Assembly (NCBI RefSeq): GCF_964194025.1
Contig: NC_134482.1
Coordinates: 38,750,001 to 38,814,000, forward strand
Source of the DNA: Convolutriloba macropyga
Lineage: Eukaryota
DNA: 64,000 bases
Direction of reading: 5' to 3'
Under the pieces are notes generated by a model that was not told the DNA's origin, did not search any database, and worked only from the letters and a program-made list of their open reading frames with translations. The position numbers were made by a program, and so were the translations under genes. The number at the start of each line of letters is the position of its first letter. Positions within the stretch are counted from its first letter, which is position 1. Shown piece after piece: positions 1 through 12,125 of the stretch.

Positions 1-227
1 CAAGTGTAATGTTTAAATCTGAAGTAAGATATATGTTTAGTTACTTTGCACCTTCTACATACTAGATACTGATCTAGATACTTAAAGTGAGCAGACATAT
101 GGGCTTGTCTTTCTCTATAGGTTATAATCATATCAAATACAAAATATGAGAGTTTTTTATTTTGGAACTCATCACAACTCCAACACCAAGCCTTATCCTT
201 ACATTTGTCACATTTAGTACCAATCAT
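1..227 (-). CDS. Cys-rich (CxxC) ORF divergent from PolB, open to the window edge; likely part of the same Polinton/adintovirus-like element
   Basis: Hand translation from ATG at 227 (context ataaaaATG): MIGTKCDKCKDKAWCWSCDEF...VCRRCKVTKH..., no stop before position 1; not in the ORF track. Confidence 0.45.
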   Translation of the reverse strand, partial: MIGTKCDKCKDKAWCWSCDEFQNKKLSYFVFDMIITYRERQAHMSAHFKYLDQYLVCRRCKVTKHISYFRFKHYT

Positions 228-279
228 TTTTATAGTATTGAAAAGATATATAAATAATATTTCAAATTTTCCTTTAAAA

Positions 280-3200
280 ATGACTCATCTAGAAAACAAC
301 GGAATCATTGATTCCAGAAGTGAACAACCCCTATCTGCAAATGAACATGTCTAATTTGGAAGTGAACAACCCCAATCTCATGGACAAGTCCAATCTGGAA
401 GTGAGCGAGCTCAATCTCATGGACAAGTCCAATTTGGGGGTGGACAAACTCAATCTAGTGCTAGTAGCACAGCTATTCAAATGTTAGAAAAAAAACAAAC
501 CAAGGGAAGAAATCAAACCTGTAGATAAAGAAGAACAAAAGAGGGAAGCAGAAAAAGGTTTCAAAAGCAATCAGAAGGTTTAATCAAATGAATGAAGAAA
601 TAAAAGAGTTGCTCAGTCTAAAGATTCAGATAGAGATTCAAATTTAGACTCAGATAGAGTATCATCTTCATCTATTGATTTTATCTGTACTCAAAAACCA
701 AAAACTAATAAGTTTAAATGTGAAGCTTGCAATCAAGAATTAACTCAAAAGAATTATCATAGACACATTAAATCACTTAAACATAAAAAGAATGTACGAT
801 TATATAATAGAAATAAAATTATTGAGAGTGCTAATGAGGATTGAATAAAAGTTACTAATGAAGATACAGATTAAAAGATAGCTGAGCAGTATTCTGAACT
901 AAAGGGAATAAAGTATTGTGATAGTTGTGATATGTATCTTGAAAATAGTACTGCTTATAATAAACATGTGACAACATTAAAACATAAGAATAATTTAAGA
1001 CTAAATGATGGAGAGATAATAAAGAATGAAGATAGGTTTGAATGTATAACATGCAATACTAGTCTAAGTCAATATAGTGTGGAACAACATTTTAAATCAA
1101 AGATGCATCTAGATAATGTTGAGGGAATAACTAAAAAAATAACGAAAGAAAGCTCAGGTTATTGTGATATATGTAATACTAGATATAACAATAAAAATGA
1201 ACACATTGAATCAGTTGAACATGAAGAAAATGCTAAACAGAAAACACTCGTTGATAAGAAGTGTCGAGATAAAGTTAATGAATTAGGATTAGATCATAAC
1301 ATGAAGCATAATCAAATAATGATAACAAGTAGTAATTATGAAGATATTAAATTCTTGAATGTATTAGAGGCAATGTATAACATACATCCCCATATTAAGT
1401 TTAACACCTTTGATGTAGTTAGGTATACAAAATATACAGATGATAATTTAGAAGAAAACGAATTCACTTTTAGACTAATGACTAGACAATATAATGGTCC
1501 TCATGACTTGGATATGTTAATAAAGAACTAGAGAATAGAATGCGAGAACAAGAGATGAATCAATCTGGTCGGACTATGCGAAGATTTATCAAAAGAACAA
1601 TGTATTTACATAGTTTTTATCCAACAGGTGGATGTACGACTGAGTTACCATTCACATCTAGATATATAATTAATATAAAGAATACTGATAACAAATGTTT
1701 ATTGTGGTTTTTGATTGCTTATCTACATCCTGCTAAAGACCATCACTATAGAGTTGGTAATTATAATAAACCAGAATATTTTAATGAGATAAAACGACCA
1801 AAGACACCACCTACCTACTGACATAAAGATTTGCAGAAAATACAAGAAATGAATAAAGATAAAGTATTATTTAATGTGTTTAATCTAAACAAAAATAAAA
1901 CTAATAATCCTGTATTAATCAATCATAAGGATCATATAGGGTGTAATATACTATACTGGGATAATCATTATCTACTATGTAAAGATGTATCATTCTTATT
2001 CAGAAAATCACCTAAACAAAAATGTTATCCATGTCTAAAATGTTGTTTATCAATTATAACTGAACATGCATTAAATAAACATTTAGAGATGAGTAATAAC
2101 ACTGGAAGAATAACATTCCATAAAGATGAATATCTAAAGTTTGATAAGTTCCATTATAAGAACAGAGTACCATTTGCTATGTATTATGATTTTGAATGTA
2201 TAAAAAGATAGTCATTAATCAAAAAAAAAAAATAAAAAACATCTTCCCATTGCTTGTGGTTTATATATAAAAAGTGATTATCCTAAAATATTGGAGGATA
2301 AGTATGAATATTACTGTGGTGAAGATGTGGTTGATTCGTTTATAGGAAGGATGAGTTATTATAATAAATTGTTTAAAGATATCTTTAGTGTAAATATTCC
2401 AATGAAAGAAGAGATTATTACTCCACTTACTACTGAGTGTTTCTATTGTAGAGAGAACTTGGGTACTGACATTGTTAGAGATCACAATCATCTAACTGGT
2501 AAATTTAGAGATCATGCTCACAATAAATGTAACCTCCAAGCTAAGAATACATTTGTACCAATATATGCATTTAATTCTATTAATTATGATAATCATTTAT
2601 TTATAACTAAACTAGCAAAGAAGATTAGACTTAAAATATTAACTAAAACTGATGAGAATTATATTAGTTTTGATATGGGTTATGCAAAAGCATTAGATAT
2701 GTTTAGGTACTTCCATCCACTTAGCTTAGATGCTATAAGGAAAACATTGAGTAATAAAAAGTGTGTAACCTTAAACAAATTTGGGTTAGAGAGACGTAAA
2801 GGTATATTCCCATATGAATGGTTTGATAGTATAGACAAACTACATGAAACAACTTTACCACCTAAGGAAGCTTTCTATTCTAAGTTGAAACAAGGTGGTA
2901 TTACAGATAAATTACATAAGCAAGCAATAGATTGTTGGAATAATACTGGATGTAAGACAATAAAGGATTACATGATGTTATATCTTAAAACAGGTGTGTT
3001 ATCATCAGTAGATGTATTTGAGAAGTTTAGAGATAAGTGTTTAGAATATAATGAAATAGATCCTTGTTACACATATTCTACTCCTGGATTAACTTGGTTA
3101 TGTGGATTGAAATATACTAATGTTATAGTTAAATATTATAAAGAAAATACAGTTAAGATTTATGATACAATACAACATGGTATTAGAGGTGGGTTAGCTT

Positions 3201-4452
3201 CAGTATTAGGTGATTGTCATGTATAATGTAAAAATAAAGAAATAGATCCTGAATATACAGGGAAAGAGAAGTATTCAAAGTATTTAGACTTTAACTCATT
3301 ATACGCTTCTGCTATGGTTCAAGCTTTACCTACTGGTGAGATCAAAGTATGTAACAATCCAGAAACTGGTTTCGCAGATCTCAATTATACTAGATCTAGC
3401 TCTAATACTGGATATATCTATACCATTGATATAAAGTATAATGATGAGTTGAAACAGAAAACAAAGAAGTATTCATTCTTTCCTGAAAAGACTAAAACAA
3501 ACATTGATCAGTTTACAGATTATCAAAATGGAAACAAAAAGAAAGAATATAAACCTAATGAGAAGTTGATGTTAAAGTTAACAGATAAAGAAAACCATGC
3601 AATAGATGGAGAGATGTTTGATTGGTATTTAAGTAATGGTTTAAGATTGGTTGATATTACAATTAAGCATAAGTTAGAGTATAGTAAGAGTGAATGGTTA
3701 AAGCCTTATATTGAGTTTAATATTCAAAAAAGAAAGGAAGCTAAAGCTAAGGGTGATAAATTTGGAGACGTATTCTTTAAACTGAAGAATAATGCCTGCT
3801 ATGTAGAGTTAGTTAATGATGTAGATAGATATATTAAATTAGTAGAAAATATTAGTTTTAAATATGTTGTAGAGTTTGATGATGATCTAGTAGCTGTACA
3901 TAAATCAAGAAGTAATGTTAAGTTAGATAAGTTTAATTATATTGGTTTTGTTATATTAGAAAAAGCTAAACTGTTTATGTATAGAGCCATATATGAATAC
4001 TTCGAGAATGAGATAGATTGTAGTTATCATTACACAGATACTGATTATATATTTATAAACATAAATGTTCCATTGGATAGTACTATAGAAATAAAATGAA
4101 TAAGATAAAAGGTATATTGCATAATAATGAGTTAGGTAACATGAAAGATGAAATACCTAATGATACTACTATAGAAGCTTGTTTCCTTAAAACTAAATCA
4201 TATTGTTTTAATACAGTTAAAGGAGAAGAAAAGAAGTTAAAAGGAATAACTAAAGCTACTAATAGAAACCAAATTAATTTGGAAGACCATACTAATGCTA
4301 TATATGAAGGTAAAAGTAAATCTGTAACCAATTATACTATTGATAGCAAAAGGCATCATTTAGAAACTAAGGAACAGTATAACATAGCTATAGATCCATT
4401 TGATGATAAAGGTATTAAAAGTTGTAATGGTGAGTTCAGATTTTACAATTAA
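280..4452 (+). pseudogene. Fragmented protein-primed family B DNA polymerase (Polinton/Maverick/adintovirus type) with N-terminal C2H2 fingers and an endonuclease VII-like insertion
   Basis: Collinear motifs across broken ORFs: four CxxC...H...H fingers, IINIKNTDNKCLLW, PFAMYYDFEC (ExoI), CFYC..VRDHNHLTGKFR..AHNKCNL (EndoVII-like), YDNHLFI, RKGIFPYEW, GIRGG, YLDFNSLYASAM (motif A), KLKNNACY (B), YTDTDY (C), KLKGI; many stops and frameshifts. Confidence 0.9.
316..458 (+). repeat. ~39-bp tandem repeat (3-4 copies) at the 5' end of the PolB region
   Basis: Repeated gaagtgaacaaccccaatctcatggacaagtccaat (EVNNPNLMDKSNL). Confidence 0.6.
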
Positions 4453-4899
4453 TATTATATAAATAATAGCAAAATTTAGAAATTTATAAAAGAGTTAGGC
4501 TGGTTTTTTTGTTCAAGTTTTTTTTCGCAAGTTGGTTTTACGTGCTTTTTACACGGTCTCACTTGTTTTATACTAGTATCTGGGGACGTCCATTGGAGTC
4601 AGTGGGGATAGAACCCAAACTATCCGTCTGATAACGGTTAATTACCAGCTTAACTCAACACTAGTGGTTTGCACTAAGTGAGACAAGAAACGATAGTTTT
4701 TAATTGTATAAGAATTGGAATATAGAGTGAAATACAAATGGAATTAGAGTAGTGTGTATATGGAGGCTGTCTCGCCGCCTCTATGGCATGGAGGCCTCCA
4801 TATACACATTACTAAGATGTTACTGCGGTTATTTCTAAATCTTAGAAAAAAAAGTACAGAACAGCTTTCTATAACTTGAATTAGGTCTTTATCAAAGCT

Positions 4900-6250
4900 G
4901 TATCCGGAATTGTTTCCCCGGTTCTGACGGTGCTTTTCAACCAAAATTTAAAGGAGGGAAGTTTTCCGAAGTCGTTTAAAGTAGCATTCGTTTCACCATT
5001 TCATAAGGAAGGAAACAAGTGCAAACCAGAGAACTACAGACCCCTTTCATTGTTACCTATTACTGATAAATAACCGAATTTCTATTTTTCGATAGCAAAA
5101 AAACTAAGTAGAAAAGATCAAGAAACAAAAAGTTAACCAGTCTGGGTTCAGATTAAACCACAGCACTACCGACGCAATTTTTTCTAGTTACAGGATATCA
5201 GGGTTAATAAAAAAGCAAATAAAATCAAAAATGATTCTCTGGACTTGAAAAGAGCAATTGATACAGTCGATCATCGCACTCTCCTAGAGAAATGTTCAGA
5301 ATACGGATTGAGGGATTAAACTTTGAGCATAATTGCTTCATTTCTGCACAACAAAAACACAGACTGGAAAAAGTTAATGGAAAAACTTCAAAATCAAGAG
5401 AAATTCAAAATCAGTCGTTTGGAGTACGGCAGTGTTCCATCCTTGGACCACAGCTGTTCTTTTTTTATCAATGACATTTCATGTTAAAACAAAAACAAAA
5501 CAGATTATCTTTTTGCTGAGGACTCTGATAAAAAACCAGGGAACTCACAAAACGATAGATGGCAGGCGTCAATTGTCTTTGAACAATGTTACACAATGTC
5601 TAGAGCAAAATAAACTAACACTAAATGTCAAAGAAAAAACAAAGGCAAAGTCTCTTAGACAAAAGGAAGCTAGCGAATTTGGCTTTTTTATCCGTGGGGG
5701 AAATAGAAATCTGAAGAGTTTCAAATATTTAGGCTTCAATCTAGATCATCTTTTAAATTTTGCGGAACATAACAATAAGATCCAGAAAAGACTGAACCAG
5801 TTCTCTGTTGTGTTTTATCGTTTGAGAAAATTCTTAAAAGTACAGCATATGATAAGAGTTTATAAGACATATGTGAAGTCAATCAAACAGTACGGAGTTA
5901 TAGTTTATGGGTCGACCGCATGAGGCGCCCTAAAACCGTTTTATAATGAAGTAAATAGATTGCTGAGAGTAGTTCTTTGTGAGATAAAGTTTGATTCAAC
6001 TACAAATATATGAGAAGAGAACATCTTTTACAGCAAACAAGAAGTTCATATTTACGAACTGCTAAAGTTTCTGATAAGAGAGATACAAAAAATGCAATGT
6101 TAAACAACTGCAATAAGCAATCGAAGGAAAAAAACTTGATTAAGTTTGATTGGTTGAGGAAAACGAACAAACACTTCAATTTTATTTTCCCTAAGTAAAG
6201 TAAATGCTCAATCACTCAAACAAGCAGAAATTAGTGCTAAATTTTTCCTC
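4900..6250 (+). mobile_element. Decayed non-LTR retrotransposon (CR1/L2-group-like) reverse transcriptase
   Basis: Motifs PENYRPLSLLP, QSGFR..HST, LDLKRAIDTVDH, GVRQCSILGP (QGSILGP), FAEDS (FADD), FKYLG; frameshifted; boundaries approximate. Confidence 0.85.
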
Positions 6251-6882
6251 AAAAACTACGTTGATTATTTTTTTGGTTACTTTGGCTAGATAAGAAACTT
6301 TATTTTTGGCTAATTGGTGCCATCAAATTTTTAAGCTGTATACTGCCGTTTAATTCCGAAAAATTGTGTTTTGGATTTGTTTGAAGTTTTTAGTTTTTTT
6401 TAGATATATAGTAAGTCCTTTCCTCTGCATTAAAATAATAGACTGTGTTTTGATGCATCTTCCTCGCAAAAGCACCTGAAAACGATATATAACGGGCATA
6501 TATGTCCTTTCGTTGAGCATGTGACATTTAAAAATAAAAACAAATATTTAACTGCCCATTTGTATTATGCGTAATTTTAAAAAAATTATTTTTATATCAT
6601 AGCTCAATTTGGGCCGGGACATCGACCTGGGAGATAGGAGTTGATAAACACAAAATCTACAAGATACGATTTTGCGAAAAAAGCTTTTGGAGCCATTGCA
6701 AAAAAATCGATAACGCTATTAAAGTTTTTATTAGCTTCCTTAGAATTTGTTTCGGAGGTTAGTTGTGCAACAATTTTGCAAGAGTAGGTCTTTTTTCACC
6801 TTGAAATATATATAATAGCTAGGCGAATGCTATATCTTGCTGAAAGCAACATTCAAACGCAAATTTGAGTAAATTGACTGAG

Positions 6883-7692
6883 CCCGGGTCGAGGTGTCAC
6901 CGCCATTCAACGCAAAGTTATATAAGATAAGCGGTGAAGGCGGAAATTTTTGTAAGATAAACGGTGAATGCGGTGAAATTACATAAATCAGGCGTTGAAT
7001 GCGGTGACAAAAACCTTTATGGCCTGGTAGCGGTGAAATTGCATAATTTCACTGCTGAATCTAGCGGTGAAACTACATAAATTCACCGCTTTGAAAAAAT
7101 TGTCCAAATTGTGTAAGATAAGCGGTGAATGCGATGAGACTACATTCACCACTTAACTTAGTTGTGAAACAACATAAATTCATCGCTTAGAAAACTCTTC
7201 GAATTGTCTTTTGTTCAACGAAGTTAAGATATATTTTTTAAAAGACGCACGGAAAAGTTACCCATGAATAATCATACATATTTTTGAAACTTTTTTCAAG
7301 CGGTGATTATATATAGTTTCATCACTAGAGTAAGCGGTGAAATTACAAAAAATCACCACTTTTCACCACTAAAATTTGTAATTTCACCGCTAAACTTACA
7401 AAAGTTCAACTTGTTTGTTTTACAAAAATAGAGTGAGTTTGTTTCTATGCAACAGCAATATGCATGATTTTAGTGAGAAGAGGCGCAGTGGAAGGAGAAG
7501 GGGTTGCCATGCAGGAGGTCAGAGGTTCGAATCCGTGCAAGGCGGTAACTTGTAGTAAGCGGTGAAATGTGGTGAATTTTTGTAAGTCCACCGCTTACTC
7601 TAGAGGTGAACATATATAATTTCACCGCATTCACCGCATTTCACCGCAAAATTATGTACGAAATTTGGGGTGAAAAAAACCAACTTTTCACC
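6883..7692. mobile_element. Truncated copy of non-autonomous DNA transposon family A (CCCGGGTCGA ends, TTCACCGC/GCGGTGAA subrepeats)
   Basis: Starts cccgggtcgaggtgtcaccgccattcaacgc; reverse complement of 8129-9024 and 18005-18867; other end missing. Confidence 0.8.
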
Positions 7693-7765
7693 ATTGAACG
7701 TTTTCTGCAAATTAATTGTTAATAGAAAGGGAAACTATTCAACATTTTCAGCATTGTTTACTTAC

Positions 7766-8081
7766 GTTTCTTCTCCCCATTATATTGCAGACTGCGCATG
7801 AAACTGCGAATGATGTCGTCTCTGTAATCCGAAACCAACAGCACAACATTGTCTACAAGCCTGTGCAGTATACAGTAATTGAATGATCGTCCTCGATCTG
7901 TTACGTAGAATTGGTTGTCACTCAACAGAAAACCAAAGTGGCAAATATCTTGTGTTGTCTTTACGTAGACTGCCAATATTTCGTATTTGACCCCGTTAGC
8001 ATTCGAAACCGAGAACCCATAAGAACCGTCCTTAATTTCATATTCAGATACAGCGTGCACTTTCGTTGTCAACTGGTACTG
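7766..8081 (-). CDS. Putative 316-nt internal coding exon of an unidentified gene
   Basis: Acceptor tgtttgcctcttttcag, donor AAAC|gtaagt, open frame throughout (QYQLTTKVHAVSEYEIKDG...LQYNGEKK). Confidence 0.5.
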
Positions 8082-8128
8082 CTGAAAAGAGGCAAACAAC
8101 ATTAGCAACCCAGGTTGCCGAACCATAT

Positions 8129-9024
8129 CCCGGGTCGAGGCAAAATCAGAAAAATGTAAAAGAAAAGCGGTAGAAAGTTGTTTTTTTTTCACCGCCAATT
8201 TCGAAGAAAATTTTGCGGCGAAATGCGATGAAATTATGCAATTTCAGCCAGAGTAAGCGGCGAACTTATAAAAAGTTTCCACATTTCAGCGCTTAGTACA
8301 AATTACTGTCCGCATACGGATTCGAACATTTTACCTACGACATGTCAGCACCTTCCGCTTCGTCTGCGCCACTTCTCACTACATTCTATCATATTTGTTT
8401 TGAATTTAAATCAAATTCGGTCACTTTTTGTAAAACATGCGCGTTGAGTTTTTGTAATATTAGCGGCGAAATTACAAATTTTAGCGGCGAAATGCCGTGA
8501 TTTTTTGTAAGTTCACCACTCACTCTAGTGATGAAATTACATAAAATCACCGCTTCAAAAAGGTTTCGGAAAGATGCATGATTATTCGAGGATGAATTTT
8601 TCTAGCGTCTTTTAATAAAGCAATCTTAACTTCGTGGGACAAAAAACAATTCGGAGAGTTTCCCAAGCGGCGAATTAATGTAATTTCGCCGCATTTATTG
8701 CTGATCTCACACATTTTAACACTTATTTCTTAGCGATGAATTTGTGCAACTTCACAACTAGCTTAAGCGGTGAATTTTTGTAATTTAACCGCTCATCTCA
8801 CAATTTGGAGACTTTCGATGCGGCGGATTTATGTAATTTCAACGCAAAACTCAGTGGCGAAATTATGTAATTTCGCCGCTACCAAGCAATAAAGTTTTTT
8901 TCACTACATTCACCACCCGATTTATGCAATTTCACCGCATTCAAGGCTTATCTTACAAAATTTCCACATTCACCTCTTATCTTACATAATTTTGCGTTGA
9001 ATGGCGGTGACACCTCTACCCGGG
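8129..9024. mobile_element. Full copy of family A non-autonomous transposon (CMC/EnSpm-like ends)
   Basis: Ends CCCGGGTCGA...TCTACCCGGG flanked by a 2-bp AT duplication; apparently nested in an element starting cccaggttg at 8109 that resembles 39197-40030. Confidence 0.8.
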
Positions 9025-9086
9025 ATGTGGTACCTTGCTTCCCATAGAACAGACCATATATGGTCCATCAAACACCGGGAACGAAA

Positions 9087-9782
9087 TTATGGTATACAAC
9101 AGTTGCATAACTTAGCGATGAAATAATTTGTTATTGCGCGATGGATGCTACAAAAATTTGGAGCAGTTCTGAATTCTGATTTTGCGGTTGAGCATCGTTT
9201 TCCGCAAAACTTTCTTCCACACTGGCGCGTGTTATTTAGAAAAAATTTGAGATAAAGTCTAAATAAACAAACTTCCTATATATCTCCTACTCATCACTTT
9301 CTTATAACTTACTGACAACAATTAAATCAAATTTCGCTTAAAGTCAAGTAAGCTCTGATTATATTTTTTTCTTATTTATAAAAAAAATAAAATTTCCCCT
9401 TTGTCAATCAAAACCTGTAAATTGATGGCGCAATTATGTGCGCATATATGCTCACTAACACCCATTGTTCCTTAATTTGAATTTGTCTTGCATTGAATTT
9501 CTACTCAAATCTGGAAAATTCAGTAAATTTGTTCTTTAATTTGAACTTGTCTTCATTGACCGAATTCGGAGGTTCAAAAAGTACTGGTGGTTCTAAAAGT
9601 ATCTTGTGCGTTTTCATCTTGTGTTTCTTTCTATCTTGAAATTCGCCGTTTTCAAACATACATTTGTGATCGGAATCAATTGGCTAAACTGAAAAACACA
9701 AGACAAAAAAACAAAGATAAAAGAATGGCTTCAAGCAACTTACATAAACATAATTGGCTGGTCTCGACTGTCCTTTACCCAT
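9087..9782 (-). pseudogene. Compact 4-exon gene of unknown family (MGKGQSR N-terminus, Cys-rich C-terminus) with two in-frame stops
   Basis: Exons 9782-9744, 9683-9415, 9354-9313, 9258-9087 joined by GT-AG introns of 60, 60 and 54 nt give 174 codons in frame; TAG at 9503-9501 and TGA at 9329-9327. Confidence 0.55.
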
Positions 9783-12125
9783 GTTGTTTCAACGAATATA
9801 TCAGTAAGTTTAGTAACTCGAACTCAGAAATGAAAATATTCTCAAAAAGTTGGAAAATTACAATTGGTTTAAAATTTTTACGTAACGAACAGTTTTGCTT
9901 TTCTGTGAACTGAACGCTTTTGTTAATTATAAACTAGAAACCACCCGCTGATATCCGAGACAGTTCTGATATTTATGATTTTGTTAGTCGCTAATCACGC
10001 GACAGTTGTTTCGATAAATTTGCGAATAAACAATCAGCTTATACGGTTATGGCGACATTTTTGTATCTAAAACATTGTATTGACTGATGTCTCCCAGGGT
10101 TCCATAAGTATTGAAATTCGGTGAACTAAGTTCGAAGGTTGAGAAACTAATCACACGATGAAAACAAAAGTTATAGACGGTCATGGACGGTAGGAATTTT
10201 CTGTGTCGAAGTGCCGTGATGAACTTTACAGCTTTTAAACTCAATGTGGAGGACAGTAGAAAGGAAAAATAACTTTTGCTCTGATACAGGATGAGGTCCC
10301 AAACCCAAGCCAGATATTGGCCAGACTGACTTGAGTCACAGACAGGAGGGTTCGGTGTGACCAGACACTATTTGCTTGAAAAATATTCGGTAGAGCCTTA
10401 AGGCTAGTTAATGATCAACTTAATTAGCTTTAGTGATCAGACTTTAGGCAGACTTTGACTAATGAGCTAGCTCGTTCAATAGGCAGATTTTACAGATTTA
10501 ATATGATGCTCGTCCATGTAATCAAAAAACGCAATCCCCCCTCCCCCCGTGCGTTTGTAATTTAATTGTCTGACCTTTCATTAACGCATATCTCGACCTG
10601 GGTTCCGTATTTCAAATTTCGGTCTGTTCGGCCTGATCAACGTCCAAATTTCTGTCTGACTGGTCTCTCCACTACCCAGTTTTCCGTCTGTTTGGACGGT
10701 CAGTGGAATGTTTTGGAAAACAGTTTGTAGTTTGGCGAAAAGTGACCAAAATCATTTCGGCGTTGTCAAAACATCATTTTGGGTTTGGTCGGTACAGAAC
10801 CCCCGGTCCGCACCCATGTTCGACTGGCAAATACCTGGTTTGGGTCGAGGAACAAATCCCTGGCGAATTGTTCTAAAATCTGAACTGTGACTTCTTGATC
10901 TTCAATTTTAAAATTTTTCATGCACTTTCCTATTTCATTGCTATAGTTTTAAACGTTAGCAAAAAAATTCTTAAGAAATAGATTCTATAACAAAGATGAA
11001 ACTGTGTAATCCAAAACTATAAATTATTCCTGTAAATGTTCGTCTGAAGTTTTTTTTCCAATGATAATGATGATGAACATGACTCCAAGATTGAGCATTT
11101 CATCAAGATTGTAGTGAACACGCGTGCCCAGCATCGACGACAGAGAAACAATTACAAGGTTGCAAGCAAAAAAAGATGAAAACAATCATTTTAAAGGACG
11201 GGACAAACGCCCTTCTGAAATTAAAAAAATGATAACTTAGAAATTTTGTTTGCCAAAACACTGGTATCGACGGAAGCGCCGCCACTCAAACAAAGGCTAA
11301 AACACAAACAGTTGTAAAACAACAAAACTTATGAAATCAATGGAACAATGCTTGAATTTAATGCAAACAAAAAATGACAATATGGAAGCAATACTTATGT
11401 GCAACAAGTTGATTCAAATAGCAATTTCCGACGCTCTTTCTTACAATGATTTATACCTAATATTTCAGCATGGAACTCTTTTGAATAAAAAATTAGTTAT
11501 GGATCAGTTTCTTATCATTTCTGTAATATTGTTTGTTTACTATCGTCCTAATTATTCCGTGAGAACATATGTTAACAGATTTAAATCGTGAAGGCAAACA
11601 TATAGTTAAACAAATTTATTTTACTGCATTTACTGTTGTTTTCTTAGATGTTTTTTTAATCAATTATTGCTGGATAATAAGATATTGTCAGAAATGGCAG
11701 TATTCGACTCAAGGTAATACTAAGCGTACTACTCGTGCTCTCGGGTAACCTTGCAGAAATTTATCTTCGCAACTTTTGATATATCTTTGAATACCTCCGT
11801 TCAAAGTAGCGCTAACAGCAAAAAAGTCACAACGTCTAAAAAAATTTTTTTCTTGGTTGTTCCTACTGAAAAACGGGGCTTGGAAATAGAACCAAGACAA
11901 GTTCTTCTAACCGGATTATTGGAGGCAAACTTGAAAATAATTGATTCAATCAATAAAAATCCACGCTAAAAAGCCAGAAGCTTACCAGGTCAACATATTT
12001 TGAAACAATTAATTCAAGACTTTGATATAACGTACATTCCCAAAAGTTTAAATAATTTTCTCCACGATAATCTTAACTTTTTCAAATATGATTTTTGAAG
12101 GTTCATAGGAGCTGAGCATGCGAAA

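Noticed and set aside
4580-4665. tRNA-like sequence on the minus strand (GGGTTCTATCCC B-box); similar fragments near 52000-52050 and 55185-55235
   Set aside because: No convincing cloverleaf; probably SINE or tRNA relics, not tRNA genes
6883-9024. Single 2.1-kb foldback or Pack-type element
   Set aside because: The right copy has its own AT TSD and the outer flanks do not match; better explained as two insertions
11331-11969. Short plus-strand ORFs before the tandem array
   Set aside because: No recognisable motifs or consistent splice structure that I can support
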